A stretch of DNA of 23,851 bases from Coniocarpon cinnabarinum (GCA_051942205.1 JAVECO010000034.1:124001-147851), one strand, 5' to 3'. Positions 1 to 11,011 are shown, numbered from the stretch's first letter. Numbers and translations are program-made. The notes: generated by a model not told the origin, from the letters alone.

Positions 1-314
1 TGCAGGGCTCATTTCCAACATCCCATTGCCTGTGACAGCAAGGGTCACGACCAACAGTGGATGCCGCAGCTTGATTCGGTACTTCGTAAAGTGAAGGAGC
101 CGCTCGCCACGATGCCTGTACCTTGAGCCTCAGAATCCTCTTATTCTGGGGGCTCCTTGTATAGACATGGGCTTCGCCCACGGTCTTGATGCCTACCGTC
201 GACTTCTGCAGTATTGATGCATCGAAAGTCTGTTTTTAGGCTTGTTGTCTAGAACTCTCGTGACCTACCCACGATCATACTCAACATATTACTGAGCCAA
301 TTCCATGATGGGAC

Positions 315-871
315 TCAATCCTGATTCTGCGCTAGTTCCTCCATATTCTTTACCGCACTGTCCAACTCTCGTATGCGCTGGCCCACGCGTGACCGTACTT
401 CGTCTGCAACTTGCCTGTCCGGACCATTCACTACACGATTGTAGACCTCGTGCAATTTGTCCAACTCTTCTCTTGCTGCGCCCCGATCATCTTCAGCATA
501 CACGGTCTGCTTCTCTGTTTCTTCTATGGCAATCTCAAACTGGCAGCGCACGTGTCAGTGACGGACGAGAAGTTGCGCGTCATGCATCGTGACACATTGG
601 GCCGTGTTTGAAGAGTCATACCTCGTCCTTGGCCGTAGCATACCTGCCGCAATGTCAGCTTGATCACTGGTGACTGACTTCTAGGCACCCACTGCTCTTG
701 AATCTCTTCGATCACTTCATCTGCACTGCTCTTATTCGACGAGAAACGCACTTGTCCAGGCAACACGGTGGCTGCCCTTCTGCCTTGACGTCGAGCGGAG
801 ATAGCACTGTGTCTGCCTAGGATCCTGCAGACACACGTTGGGCGTACTCGCAGAAGTCTTGTCGCAACCAT
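315..871 (-). CDS. Conserved fungal hypothetical protein, probably mitochondrial, helical, 141 aa; exons 871-693, 643-622, 539-315
   Basis: Joins ORFs 524..871 and 315..551 via intron 692-644 (GTGGGT..GCTGAC..CAG) and intron 621-540 (GTATGA..ACTGAC..CAG). The 22-nt microexon keeps the frame: ...EEIQEQ-YATAKDE-FEIAIEETEKQTVY...VGQRIRELDSAV. The Arg-rich, acid-free N-terminus resembles a mitochondrial presequence. Confidence 0.85.
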
Positions 872-1028
872 GATTCAGAGTGTGTTGGTCAATAATTGCA
901 CACGCATGTGATAGCGTGAGCTTTGTGAAGCGTCAGGTATGACGTCTCATCGGCCGTGCCGAGTCAGGGACCGAAGTACCCTTCTTTAGCTGTCACTGCA
1001 TTTCCTCAACATAGGTTTGTCTTCGGGA

Positions 1029-1982
1029 ATGTGGGATCGAGAAACACTGGTTCAGAGCGCTTCCATTCTCCTTGCAACATTGCCCATTGTCTTTTACTTA
1101 CTCCCTGCAAGCATTAAACCATGGCCGCTCACATCTCACCCGCCCGGAAACAGGCTGAACAGTCAACCGTCCAGTCCAGACAGCGAAACTTCAACGACAG
1201 GTGACGATACCGACTCAAAAGCTCTCACGTTACCAAAAGTGACCAATGGATCCTTCATGCAAGTGTCAAAGACGAATTCGCCGCCAAGAAGTACCACGTA
1301 CAATGGCCCGTCCACTCATGCGCGCCCGCCTCCACAGGGAAAAGATCCAAGCGAGCGCGGTCTGATGCCCCCACCTCCTCGACCCATTTCAAAGCCATCC
1401 ACATCGAGTGGGAATGCTTTATCTGTACCTACTCTCTCAGCCACCCCGTCGCGCACCTCGGAGCTCGCACGACGAGGCAATCCCAGGGCTCAGCGTGGTC
1501 CAGCTTCGTCTCTCGCCCCTCCCACGATCAACCCCAGGCTCGCGTCTAATTCAGAGCCCACGAGCAGCACATTGCCAGCGTCTGCAAGACCAAGAAAGAA
1601 GGTTGTTCTAGCGCCAGGGCACAGCCCGCTAGACTGGGCACATCTCACGTCGTCCACACCACCGCACGAACTTGCTGGCGTCGCGCATCTTCAACGAGTC
1701 ACACCGTCTGTGCTCGCTCAGCATGATGGGAGGAAAGGACGACCTGCATGGAGCTCTTTCCGCGGTCGCGTGTACAATATTGGGCCGTACCTGGATTTTC
1801 ATCCAGGTGGTGTTGGAGAACTGAGGCGTGCGGCGGGCAAGACTGGTGACAAGTTGTTTGATGAGATACACTCATGGGTCAATGTCGAGAACATGTTAGG
1901 AGCTTGCCTTGTCGGTCTTCTCGTTGGTGAAAACGAGGATGGTCGGCCTGGAGCAAGCTCGGGTCTCGACAGCCTTGACTGA
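1029..1982 (+). CDS. IRC21: Cytochrome b5-like heme-binding domain protein (IRC21-like), 317 aa
   Basis: The C-terminal domain has RKKVVLAPGHSPLDWA, GRVYNIGPYLDFHPGG (heme-ligand HPGG) and FDEIHSWVN (second His). It follows a hydrophobic N-terminal segment and a long Pro/Ser-rich linker. First ATG at 1029; the ORF-track start at 1017 is TTG. The symbol rests on family resemblance only. Confidence 0.8.
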   Translation: MWDRETLVQSASILLATLPIVFYLLPASIKPWPLTSHPPGNRLNSQPSSPDSETSTTGDDTDSKALTLPKVTNGSFMQVSKTNSPPRSTTYNGPSTHARPPPQGKDPSERGLMPPPPRPISKPSTSSGNALSVPTLSATPSRTSELARRGNPRAQRGPASSLAPPTINPRLASNSEPTSSTLPASARPRKKVVLAPGHSPLDWAHLTSSTPPHELAGVAHLQRVTPSVLAQHDGRKGRPAWSSFRGRVYNIGPYLDFHPGGVGELRRAAGKTGDKLFDEIHSWVNVENMLGACLVGLLVGENEDGRPGASSGLDSLD

Positions 1983-2887
1983 ACAAGTGATTTGGTCTTC
2001 GAGCTTGGTATCACAGACTAGATCATCATCTTCAAGCTCTGGCGTGACCCTTTTCGAGCCTAGATCATGAGGGAGGAAGCAATTGCTATCAGCCAATGAC
2101 CCACTTGTGCATGTCGCAAGGGTCAGGGACAGAAGTCGTTGCCGGATCTCAGTCTGGGCGATGAGCCCGTACAATAAGAACAATGCGGGTTGCAAAGCTA
2201 TGAGCGCAACGGCGAAAGCCCTCTACAACTCACAAAATACTGAATTAATATGCGACAAGCGCCAGACCCTTACCGTTTGCAGACGCATTTTCATTGGTGC
2301 ATGTCCTCAAGCCAACAAGGGGTTGGGATGAGAGCAACATAATCCGATGTTTCCAGGGGCTTGGGTTGCTTTCGCCATTACCTCAATAGCGCTTTGGTTC
2401 GAACAATCGCTACGTCAGCAGCGTCGCTTAATATAGGTATGCTGCTGGGTGTAGAATCTAGCTAAGGACTGAGGTTGGGTGACATAAGTCATGTAGGTAA
2501 CTCGTAGGCCGCAGTTGGGGTCCCATTTGCAATCCACTAGAGCCAATACCTACAACACAAGACATATAGCATAACCATAACTCCCATCAAAGACCTACAC
2601 GTCCTCGCACAATGTCCTGCAAAACGGTTCATATCACTTTGCGCCGTAGCCTCCAGGACTCTACAGTTCTATTAGTACGTAGAACAAGAACCAACATAAT
2701 CGGGCCCTGAAGGATTTATGAAAGTCTGGTAACGCTACGTAGCTAATCCTCTCTCTCCCAAAATCCGCCATTCCTTTCGTACAGACGTGGCCTCTGGCTG
2801 TGCCCTTAATCGACATAGCATCATGCTCCTTTGTTACTGCCACGTCCACAGAAACGTGGCGCCTCGGCACAGACCCATGTGCGCTGA

Positions 2888-2895
2888 TATATAAA
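2888..2895 (+). promoter_or_regulatory. Putative TATA box of the orphan gene at 3030
   Basis: TATATAAA about 140 nt upstream of ATG 3030. Confidence 0.4.
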
Positions 2896-3029
2896 GGCTT
2901 GCGAATGGCTGCTACACTTACATACATATCGACATATTGCAGCTAGCTCTCGTACGAACTCCTTGTTTGGTATCTGGCGCCTCGACATCCTATTAAAGAA
3001 ACAAGAAAGCACGCGAAAACAAGAGTGTC

Positions 3030-3596
3030 ATGGCGCTTGAGCTGAAACACAAGTTTGTGCGTGCACCCACGAGCTATCAGTTGCGGTACCAGCTGCGGTA
3101 CCAGCTGCTTATCCCATAAAGCTAACAAATCCAGAGTTATGGGCTCATTCGCTTCCGCGAAAACGGCCAGGTTTTCCCTGGCATCGAGTTCGAACATAAG
3201 AGAGTTGTTCCAGGCGTACCAAAGGTTGGCTTCTTGTGAGCGCCAGTCATGCCCGTACTTCTGCGTTGGCCATGAGCTGACGTTAGTACGGCTAGCGTCT
3301 ATCTTAACTTAAAGACCGGAAAACGCGAAGAGAAGACACTAGCAGAGAGTGCTAAGCTCGACTTTGTCTCGTCGTGGGACGGGGGTGAGCTCGTAATGGC
3401 CGACACTGAGACGCACCTATACAATCGCTTCAAGCCGACACCACCCAAGAAGCAGGACGATGACAAGTTCTACAAAGATATTCTCGAAACCTTGTCGCTG
3501 AACGGATACATCCCTAAGAGTCGCTATGAGGAAGCTATGAAGTGGGTGAAGGAGGATAAGGAGGGTCCGAGCGATCAAGCGACTCCTCAAGCATAG
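3030..3596 (+). CDS. Orphan hypothetical protein, about 142 aa; exons 3030-3056, 3135-3235, 3296-3596
   Basis: Intron 3057-3134 (GTGCGT..GCTAAC..CAG) and intron 3236-3295 (GTGAGC..GCTGAC..TAG) give an open frame MALELKHKF-SYGLIRFRENGQVFPGIEFEHKRVVPGVPKVGFF-VYLNLKTGKREEK...MADTETHLYN...QATPQA that absorbs ORF 3396..3596. An alternative acceptor at 3286 is also in frame. Confidence 0.7.
3079..3108 (+). repeat. Short tandem duplication (12-nt unit GCGGTACCAGCT x2) inside intron 1 of the orphan gene
   Basis: cagttgcggtaccagctgcggtaccagctgc read directly. Confidence 0.75.
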
Positions 3597-3829
3597 CGCA
3601 TTCAAGGAAGGCATAGAGGCTGTGTAGTAGCGCCTTAGAAAGTCGACTTCCCGTAGCTAGTGGCGCATCGCTGGCAGCTTTGTGTATTGCGCACGTACCC
3701 ATCCGTTTGTCCTATTTCTTGCAAGACTGCAACATTTAAGCACAAACGAGCTAAGTTAGCATCATAGTCCTCGCTCTCCTCCTCAGTAACACGATCGCCG
3801 CCATACTAATAATAAGAACTTGAACGTTG

Positions 3830-4105
3830 TGTAGTATAGTAAGTAGAGCTTGTATAGGGGTCAATTTTGCCGGGTTATAACCTAGGTTAGTATATAGGTT
3901 ATACAAAGCCCTTAAGTAACGTCCTTATATCGCTCCATTAAATATAATATAGTATATCTATCATTAATTATACTTTTACTATATTTTTAGTATTTACTTT
4001 TTTTTAATTTACTTTATATAAATACTAGTAAGTACTAGTCTTATATAGAGGGCTGAATATAGTATTACTCGGCTGTAATAGAGTTAAGTAAATTTCTTAA
4101 TAAGC
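3830..4105. repeat. AT-rich, TpA-rich tract; probable RIP-mutated repeat or transposon relic
   Basis: Abrupt drop in GC with abundant TA/TAG/CTA and few CA/TG (e.g. tatataaatactagtaagtactagtcttatatag). No terminal repeats or transposase motifs recognised. Confidence 0.6.
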
Positions 4106-4368
4106 CGGCCTCTTCCATAGAACTTGTTGTGTCTGCACATCGAAAATCTACCCTGCCGCCAAAGCTTCGTTTCCGGACTTGCACGTGCCAAAAGATTGCG
4201 CTAAACATGCATGAGCGACTTGCTATACTTGAAGTGTATGCGACGTGCGCGGCTGGCCTTCGATTATAGAGTGTCTTCGCGTTTTTGACAAGCTCTACAG
4301 GGCGCCTTACGAAAAATTCATATCTAGCTCACACGTCAGGCTCTATATAAGCACCGTTCCTCAGCAGG

Positions 4369-6018
4369 ATGCCGTCGCTTCGCAAGATTTTCTATTACTC
4401 CTTTCACATACAAGAGCTCCGCTCCATCCTGCAGTGGACAGTCTGGCACGACCCGGTGCATAGACGAGACGAAGAACAAGAAGCCCCATCGTTACGAGAA
4501 TGCTTCAAATATCTAGACGCAACCTCCAGATCTTTTGCCGCTGTCATCAAGGAGCTCAACCACGAACTTCTGGTCCCAATATGCATCTTCTACCTTATTC
4601 TTCGAGGGTTGGACACGATCGAGGACGACATGACAATACCACTTGAGAAAAAGGACCCTCTCCTCCGCAATTTCTACAACATACTTGAGAAAGATGGCTG
4701 GACGTTTGACGGCAACGGTCCTGATGAGAAGGACAGAGATTTGCTCGTTCATTTTGACTGTGTTGTCGAAGAGTTCAGAAAGCTCAGCGCCGCATACAAG
4801 GAGATCCTTAAAGACATTACGAAAAGAATGGGGGCCGGTATGGCTGATTACGCGCACAATGCTGAATTCAATGAGAAAGGAGTGAATTCAATACCAGATT
4901 ACGAGCAATACTGCCACTACGTCGCGGGATTGGTCGGAGAAGGTCTCACAAGGCTGTTCGTTCAAGGAGGGTCTGCAAATCCTGCTTTGAAGCAACGTCA
5001 GGACTTGCACGAGAGTATGGGGCAACATCTTCAGCAGACAAACATCATTCGAGACATCCGCGAGGATCGTGACGATGGGCGTAGGTTCTGGCCGCGCGAG
5101 GTATGGAGCAAATACGTCGACGACTTTGATGACCTTTTCAAGCCCGAGAACAAGGAGAAGGCGTTAAGATGCAGCTCAGAAATGATTCTGATCGCGTTGA
5201 GGAGAGTGCCCGACTGTCTCTTCTACTTAGCGGGCCTCCGTGAGCAATCAGTCTTCAATTTTGCCGCCATACCCCAAAGCATGGCCATTGCCACACTCGA
5301 ACTTTGCTTCCGTAACCCAGACGTCTTTCAAAAGAACGTCAAGATCAGCAAAGGCCAAGCTTGCAGATTGATGATTGAATCATCACAGAATCTGCGCACT
5401 CTCTACGACACATTTAGAATGTATGCTCGCATAATACATAAGAAAAATGACCCTCGCGATCCGAATTTCTTGAAGATCAGCGTTGCCTGCGGGAAGGTCA
5501 GTGTGCCTAGCGATGAGCTGTGTCGTCAATTTCAGACTAATGTTGCGTCCAGATTGAGCAGTTCATTGAGGGTATATTTCCTTCTCAAGATCCAAATGCT
5601 ATTGTCATGGCGAACGGCGCAAAAGAAAATGACGATATCATGATGAAGGCCCGTGGAATGAATTCAGAAGAGCGTGCCAAGCAACGACAACTCGATAAAG
5701 AAGCAAGACGTGATGTTATACTCATGGCTGTTGCCAGTATTGGAATAATGACTTTCATTGGGGCGCTTATGGTAGGTTGCAGGTGTTGTGGCAATGCAGA
5801 TGTTATGACCCTTGAGCTCTGCCCAGTCCTTTCGAAGCGAGGTGACGCTGATTGTGATCCAGGTATTCATGGCGTGGATGTTCGGCGCCCGCTTCGACTT
5901 AGCCATTGAAGGTTTAAGGAACGGATCATTCAGGCCCGATCCACAAGTCATCAAACAAATCAGCGAGGAAGCCGCAAGTAAGACAATGAAAGCTGGCGCC
6001 GCTAAGAGCGAGCTGTAG
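4369..6018 (+). CDS. ERG9: Squalene synthase (farnesyl-diphosphate farnesyltransferase), 500 aa; exons 4369-5496, 5553-5771, 5863-6018
   Basis: Motifs [55 protein letters not shown]. Introns 5497-5552 (GTCAGT..ACTAAT..CAG) and 5772-5862 (GTAGGT..GCTGAT..CAG) add the C-terminal TM anchor, GARFD and a terminal KSEL ER-retrieval-like tail. Confidence 0.97.
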
Positions 6019-7023
6019 CTCACGTCGCAAGGGAGGACACAGGTAAACACATACAGTTGCATAGCATGGCGTTGGTGTGTACAAATATTGTCTCGGGTTT
6101 TGCACATGTCACAAGCTCTACGAATTTCGCATATTAACAAGAGTCAATATTTACCTCTCGTCTTCTAAACTCTCATCAAACATTTCTTTGTGGATCTGAA
6201 AAGTTTCACGTCACGAAATCGCATCTATCAAGCACTTGAGTCAAATTGCAACGCTGCTCCCTCAATAGCTGCGCTTGTGCCGAAAAAGTGCTGAGAGGAA
6301 GTTACGCGTGCCACGCTGATAGAACACGTTGGAAGCCGTGCTCGATTGATATGCTTCTTGACGTCTAATCGTCAGCGAACAATCCGCAATCACTGCACCT
6401 CCTTCGTCTCGGGAATGACTGAGGAAAACATAATGGCTGGGGCGTCACTCTCTGTTCCAAGAATGGGATCGAAGGTAGACGTCTGCGGTCGTCGCCGCAC
6501 GTCGTCTGCTCCTTCCGGTGCAAACAGATTATGCTGTAGTCCATACAAGCCATCTGTTCGATTTAAAGTGCCAAGATCATGGGTCCGAAAGTCTTAGCAG
6601 CTTGAATACGCTTGCGGGGTCATCACTGGATATCGACATGCTAGGATACACAAATTTCGAACGCTTTAAAGACCTGATCGGAGCAGCGAACCGTAGTAGT
6701 GTATTCATTCACATTGAAAATAGGAAACAGCACATTCATCTCGTAGCCGAGCAACAAGTGGTTAGTATACGGCTGGATGGGTCCTTTTTCACAGGCCGGT
6801 GAATGAAACACAACGATCACCGGCTCCGGGGCTCTTGGGACAAGGCGACGCAGCCCCTTTTTGCCGGAGCTCGGACAGCAACTCCCTTGATGTAATGAGC
6901 ACCTTCGTGGCTGCGGGGGTGGAGTCGAAGGTAACTTGCTGTAATGTAATTACCCCTCGTCTAAACATACTTACCTCCTCCAAAGCAAAGACTCTTTGTC
7001 TTGTCTTTTCTGCACACTTCAAT

Positions 7024-7217
7024 ATGTTTGTGAATATAGCTCTGCGCTAAAGCAGTGTAGTGGTCTGTTTGACGATGAGTTGCTGTTGCATCGTGCTGCC
7101 GCATGCGAGGCGGAGTAGTCAAAGACGGAGAACGCACGAGGTGCACAAACAAGGCGGCAGGCGCATTTTTACGAAGAACTACCCTTATAGCGTTTCAAGA
7201 TTCTTTATCCCCCTGAT
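7024..7217 (+). pseudogene. Possible highly decayed copy of the Cys-rich microprotein unit
   Basis: TTCAAT-AT|GTTTGT start/donor context, the upstream ATACTTACCT motif shared with unit B, a broken acceptor (gcatc-gtgc versus tcatag-gtgc) and C-x15-C-x5-G spacing as in copy D. The other Cys are lost. Confidence 0.3.
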
Positions 7218-7549
7218 GAAGTCATCTACTGTGGGTCTTCCTGACAGTCCTAAAGCGTTTGAAAGATTCAACAAACTAAGATTTGCTGCTCCGTAAAAAC
7301 CTGTTGCAGTCCAGCTTCCATTGTTTTCCCACACGTCAAGGCAAGTCCACAGCTCAGTCTAGATCAAGACGTCGCGAGCTCACACATGATAGTCAGGTCT
7401 TCACGTCAGTTACCGACACACAAACTGATCCTCAGGCATCGAAAATCTATATCCGTGAATCAAGAAAAGCAGACGACTTGCAAGAAGCAATTTTGACACT
7501 CTACCCCCCGACTGTCCAGCTAACAATCAACAGCCTACCGTCGCTCAAA

Positions 7550-7756
7550 ATGTGCAAAGTCGTTTGCTGCAGAAAGTGTTGCACCAAAAACATTCAGATC
7601 CCATGTGACCGCGGCTCGAAAGGTCTTCGCTGCTGGGATCACGTTCTGGAAGTGGAAGTGTGCAAGACATGTACTCCAGGACCGGCCCCTGCGGGAACGT
7701 CGAAGCGAAAGTCATATTTTGAGCCTTCGCGTGTTGAGAAGCCCTTGCGTGGGTGA
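7550..7756 (+). CDS. Small Cys-rich putative metal-binding protein (family member, Cys-only type), 68 aa
   Basis: MCKVVCCRKCCTKNIQIPCDRGSKGLRCWDHVLEVEVCKTC. C2/C7/C10/C19/C38/C41 match the 14693 and 15824 copies. Kozak-like CTCAAAATG. Probable 5'UTR intron 7455-7533 (GTGAAT..GCTAAC..CAG). Confidence 0.72.
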   Translation: MCKVVCCRKCCTKNIQIPCDRGSKGLRCWDHVLEVEVCKTCTPGPAPAGTSKRKSYFEPSRVEKPLRG

Positions 7757-9099
7757 TGTGGAATCGGTTTGGAATATCTCGATAGGAAGGGTTATGGATG
7801 AGAGTCGTTGCCGGATCTTGGTCTGGGCGTGAGCCTTTACGATAAGCAAGGTCCGGGTTGCAGAGCCATAGGTACGATGGGGAAAGCCACCCGCGCCTCA
7901 TAAGATGTCAAATTTTGGTGCAGCAGGTACTATTCTAAAATACCCTTGCGGCGCTGGGCGCGAGGGATGGACACAGACGTTATACGAATTCGGGTATGTG
8001 TAGAATGGATCCTGGACAACGAGATCGTGTCAATCGCAAAAACAGGAAACATTGCCAGTTTTGGTGCTTACACATGCGGCCTCACATCATTCCAGGCAAT
8101 GAGCTGCTACTATAAAGAAATACAAGGCCATTTGGCTGTCGGGACCGTGGCAGACGCACTGCATGCATCATGGATAGTTGTATTGCGATGCGGCGAACGC
8201 TATTGTTTGATGTTGCCGCGGGTAATGACGGCTTGACTGGCTTCGCGTTTCTCATCGTCTTGGCAATTCACGGATACATCAGGGTCGGCTGGGCAAGGCG
8301 ACTTGACATATCTAATATATCACTTGGCTTGACTACCTACATGCTGGAACATCTTGTAGCATTCGACCTGAGTTCAAAACATTGGCCACTCGTGCTCTGT
8401 CAGCTATGTATTTGCAAACCGTATCATCAGCAACCTGCTGGGGGCCTTCGCGAGGCAGGAATGTTATAAGCTCAGCATGCCTTGGAAACCTCTGGTTTAC
8501 TTTCTAAGCGCGTAGATCAGCTTGCTGGGATAATTCAAAGGAGAAGAGTAAGGCTATCTCTTGACATCCTTAGATAAGGATGCACCCATGTTGGCCGAAG
8601 AATTCAAGATTGCGCCGTGTAGTCTCAAAGGTGGACATGTGCAGAACTCTTCGAGGCGATCGTACAAACGCTGGGTGTTCGGTTTGCACTTGAAGGGCAG
8701 CATGCAGCCAACCAACAAACGAACCATATTGCCAAGTACTGCAAGTCTCAGACAAGGTCATCACATCCTCGATTTACCGCGCCAATCTCGCCGTTCCTGT
8801 ACTGACGCCACGCAGCTGATGAAGCTTGGTAACTCAAAATACCAACATTCAACCAATTCAATACCTGATTTGCCTGGAATACAAACAGCAATGCGCGTTT
8901 GACAGTCCTGCCACCATGGTCCGCGCCTGACGCAGACATCATGCAGGCGCCGGAGATGCCAAAAGTGGTGCTGTTTGGCGACCACAAAGGCGGTGTGCCT
9001 GAGACGCTGTCCTTGCCACTTCGGTTAACCTGCCACCCTTAACTGCTCCGATGAGCCAATCTGTCTGCCAACAATGCGTGTTGGCAGGTCACACTGCAG

Positions 9100-9230
9100 A
9101 CAAACAGCTTTAGCGTCCAAAAAGCATGCGGTTCAAACCTGCTGTAAGGCGACGAGCGTAAGGAGCGAACATTTCGAGGTTATAAAGAGGACGGCTGCAG
9201 CTTTGCTTCTCAGATTCTCAGCACTCTTGC
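9100..9230 (+). promoter_or_regulatory. Repeated upstream/promoter module of unit A, with TATAAA at 9181-9186
   Basis: aaacagctttagc..ttcaaacctgctgtaaggc..gaggttataaagagg..ttgcttctcagattctc aligns with the modules at 10775 and 11239. Confidence 0.6.
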
Positions 9231-9335
9231 AAACCTCCTCTGACAGCATCAACAACGCCAGTACCGCACTCTCTCGAGCCGCTTCCAATTCAAATAGAGA
9301 ATATCTCATCGCACGAGCACAAGAGCGCTCTTACA

Positions 9336-9605
9336 ATGTGGGTAGCGCAAAGAGCTGACTGTCTGCGTCGAGAATCCATAATACTCACGGGCGTCCGCAG
9401 GTGTGAGGTCACCGACTGTGGTAACGGCCACTATCTCCGCACTGAGTGCGATGATTACAAGGCGGGACGATGGTGCCAGACTAAGACCACGAAAATTTCT
9501 CCTTCTGAATGCCAGGACTGTCCAACAACTAAGACAAAGCGCTTGGCCACAATGAATGTGGATTTGGAGCTCGAATCCGACCTCACCGAAGTTGGCGATA
9601 AATAA
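9336..9605 (+). CDS. Small Cys/His-rich protein, copy A, 68 aa; exons 9336-9337 (AT) and 9401-9605
   Basis: Intron 9338-9400 (GTGGGT..ACTCAC..CAG) splits ATG and gives MCEVTDCGNGHYLRTECDDYKAGRWCQTKTTKISPSECQDC... The same intron position occurs in copies B-D. Confidence 0.75.
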   Translation: MWVAQRADCLRRESIILTGVRRCEVTDCGNGHYLRTECDDYKAGRWCQTKTTKISPSECQDCPTTKTKRLATMNVDLELESDLTEVGDK

Positions 9606-10197
9606 TCCAGAGCCTTCCGCACGCTCTGCCGAAGAGACACTTTCAGGGCAACATGTGGATGGTCTGACTCACTTCACGTCGCTCATTACGACCTTGACAC
9701 TGTTTGTGTGGTGGGCTCAGTATGTAACTCGGCCCTCCGAGACGAACGACCCATAAACCTCTCCAACCTCCAAAAATCTCTTCGCATTTGACTTCTCTTG
9801 CGTTGAAGCCGTTGAGATAAGGAAACGATGTGCTAAGAGAAATAAGTATTCTTAAAATTGCTGCATGACTTCTGCATGAGAAAGTAGCCACGAGATCCTC
9901 TCTTCGTCGCAAGTCCAAGAATCTCTGCATCAGGAGAAAACCACATACCGTGAACCACGCTGAAATTCCGGATTTCCAGCAAAAACCAACTTTCTGTGAT
10001 CAAATAGCACGTGGCAACACGGTCACGAGTGGCGAGCAAACTTACATAAGAAGCCCTGACGTATCCTCTCCTTCGAACTTCTCTTCGCTCCACAGCTATC
10101 TCTTAATAGCATCTCAACTGTCAGCGCCATACTTACCTGAGCTGATCCAAGGACTGCCACATACATGTCATTGGGCGAAAGCATCAATATCGCTACC

Positions 10198-10510
10198 ATG
10201 TAGGCACCGCTAGAAATCACTGCATGTGCCCACTGTACTAACGGAAGGTCATAGGTGCAAATACAGGTCCTGCCCTCGTAACCACGTGTGGATTCATCGC
10301 GAATGCAGGAGGCACAGACGTGGATTTTGGTGCCATGTCAGCATACAACCCGTATCCAGCAACCACTGTCCTAGGTGTCGAGCAGCTCCAGCACAGCACC
10401 TTGACCCCATGAAGCTGGACTTCAACAGTCGCCTCGAATCCGAAACATGTCGGGTTGAGGCTTTTTATTCCAATTATGAATTGCAACCCACTGAAGGTGG
10501 CGGTGGATGA
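10198..10510 (+). CDS. Small Cys/His-rich protein, copy B, 85 aa; exons 10198-10199 and 10255-10510
   Basis: Intron 10200-10254 (GTAGGC..TACTAAC..TAG). Product MCKYRSCPRNHVWIHRECRRHRRGFWCHVSIQPVSSNHCPRC... Start context GCTACCAT|G. Confidence 0.8.
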
Positions 10511-10774
10511 TGACCAGCTCTCTGCAAGCTCTGCCGGAATCGACTCTTCTAAGGGAACATGGAAAAGTTTCCGCTTGACCTTCACATTGTTTGCGTGGCT
10601 TTCTTGTCTATGGTCAGAGCAACAGCAGGCGCAGTTCTTATCACGCAGCTCGGCATTTCGAACGCGAGTGACTCATGACATGAACCCTTTCCCGAATCTG
10701 ACGTATGAATCCCGCTGTATATGTAGCACAAGGCCTCTTGTTCGTCATAGGCCCAGACTTGGTTCGTAATGGCG

Positions 10775-10900
10775 GAAAACCGGCTTCAGCAGCCCAACAG
10801 CACGTTTTCAAACCTGCTAGAAGGCATTGAATGTGGCACGCGAACCCCATTTGAGGTCATGAGAAGCCTTGACGAATTCTTGCTTCTGAGATTTTCTCTT
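10775..10900 (+). repeat. Repeated promoter-like module (unit C); copies at about 9100, 9962, 11239 and 11646
   Basis: gaaaaccggcttcagcagcccaacagcacgttttcaaacctgctagaaggca versus gaaaaccggtttcagcggctcaagagcaagttttcaaaccttctgcaaggca at 11239 (8 mismatches in 52 nt by eye), followed by ttgaggtcat(g/a)a. Confidence 0.85.
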
Positions 10901-11011
10901 CTTCATACAGCCTCCCTTGCAAGCATCATAACCGTTAGCAATACACTCACTTGGGCCACTTCAAAACGTTCTTCTTCTTTTTCGTCATACAGGAGCGCCA
11001 ATACTGCTACC

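Noticed and set aside
1..126. Open plus-strand frame from the window edge (CRAHFQHP...MPVP*)
   Set aside because: Too short and without a recognisable motif; could be a gene end but cannot be supported.
2340..4110. Whole interval as an intact DNA transposon
   Set aside because: No paired terminal inverted repeats, target-site duplication or transposase motif found by eye.
4344..4350. TATATAA before ERG9
   Set aside because: Only 18 nt before the ATG, too close to be a confident core promoter.
1029..6018. Cytochrome b5-like gene near ERG9 as a sterol/terpene gene cluster
   Set aside because: No P450, cyclase, PKS or transporter in the window; both look like housekeeping genes.
6346..9074. 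Numerous 60-120 aa ORFs on both strands other than 7550-7756
   Set aside because: Mostly TTG/GTG starts, no motifs or splice support; treated as chance ORFs.
10129..10290. U1 snRNA gene (starts ATACTTACCTG)
   Set aside because: No loop II AUUGCAC or Sm site downstream; the sequence continues into the leader, intron and CDS of copy B.
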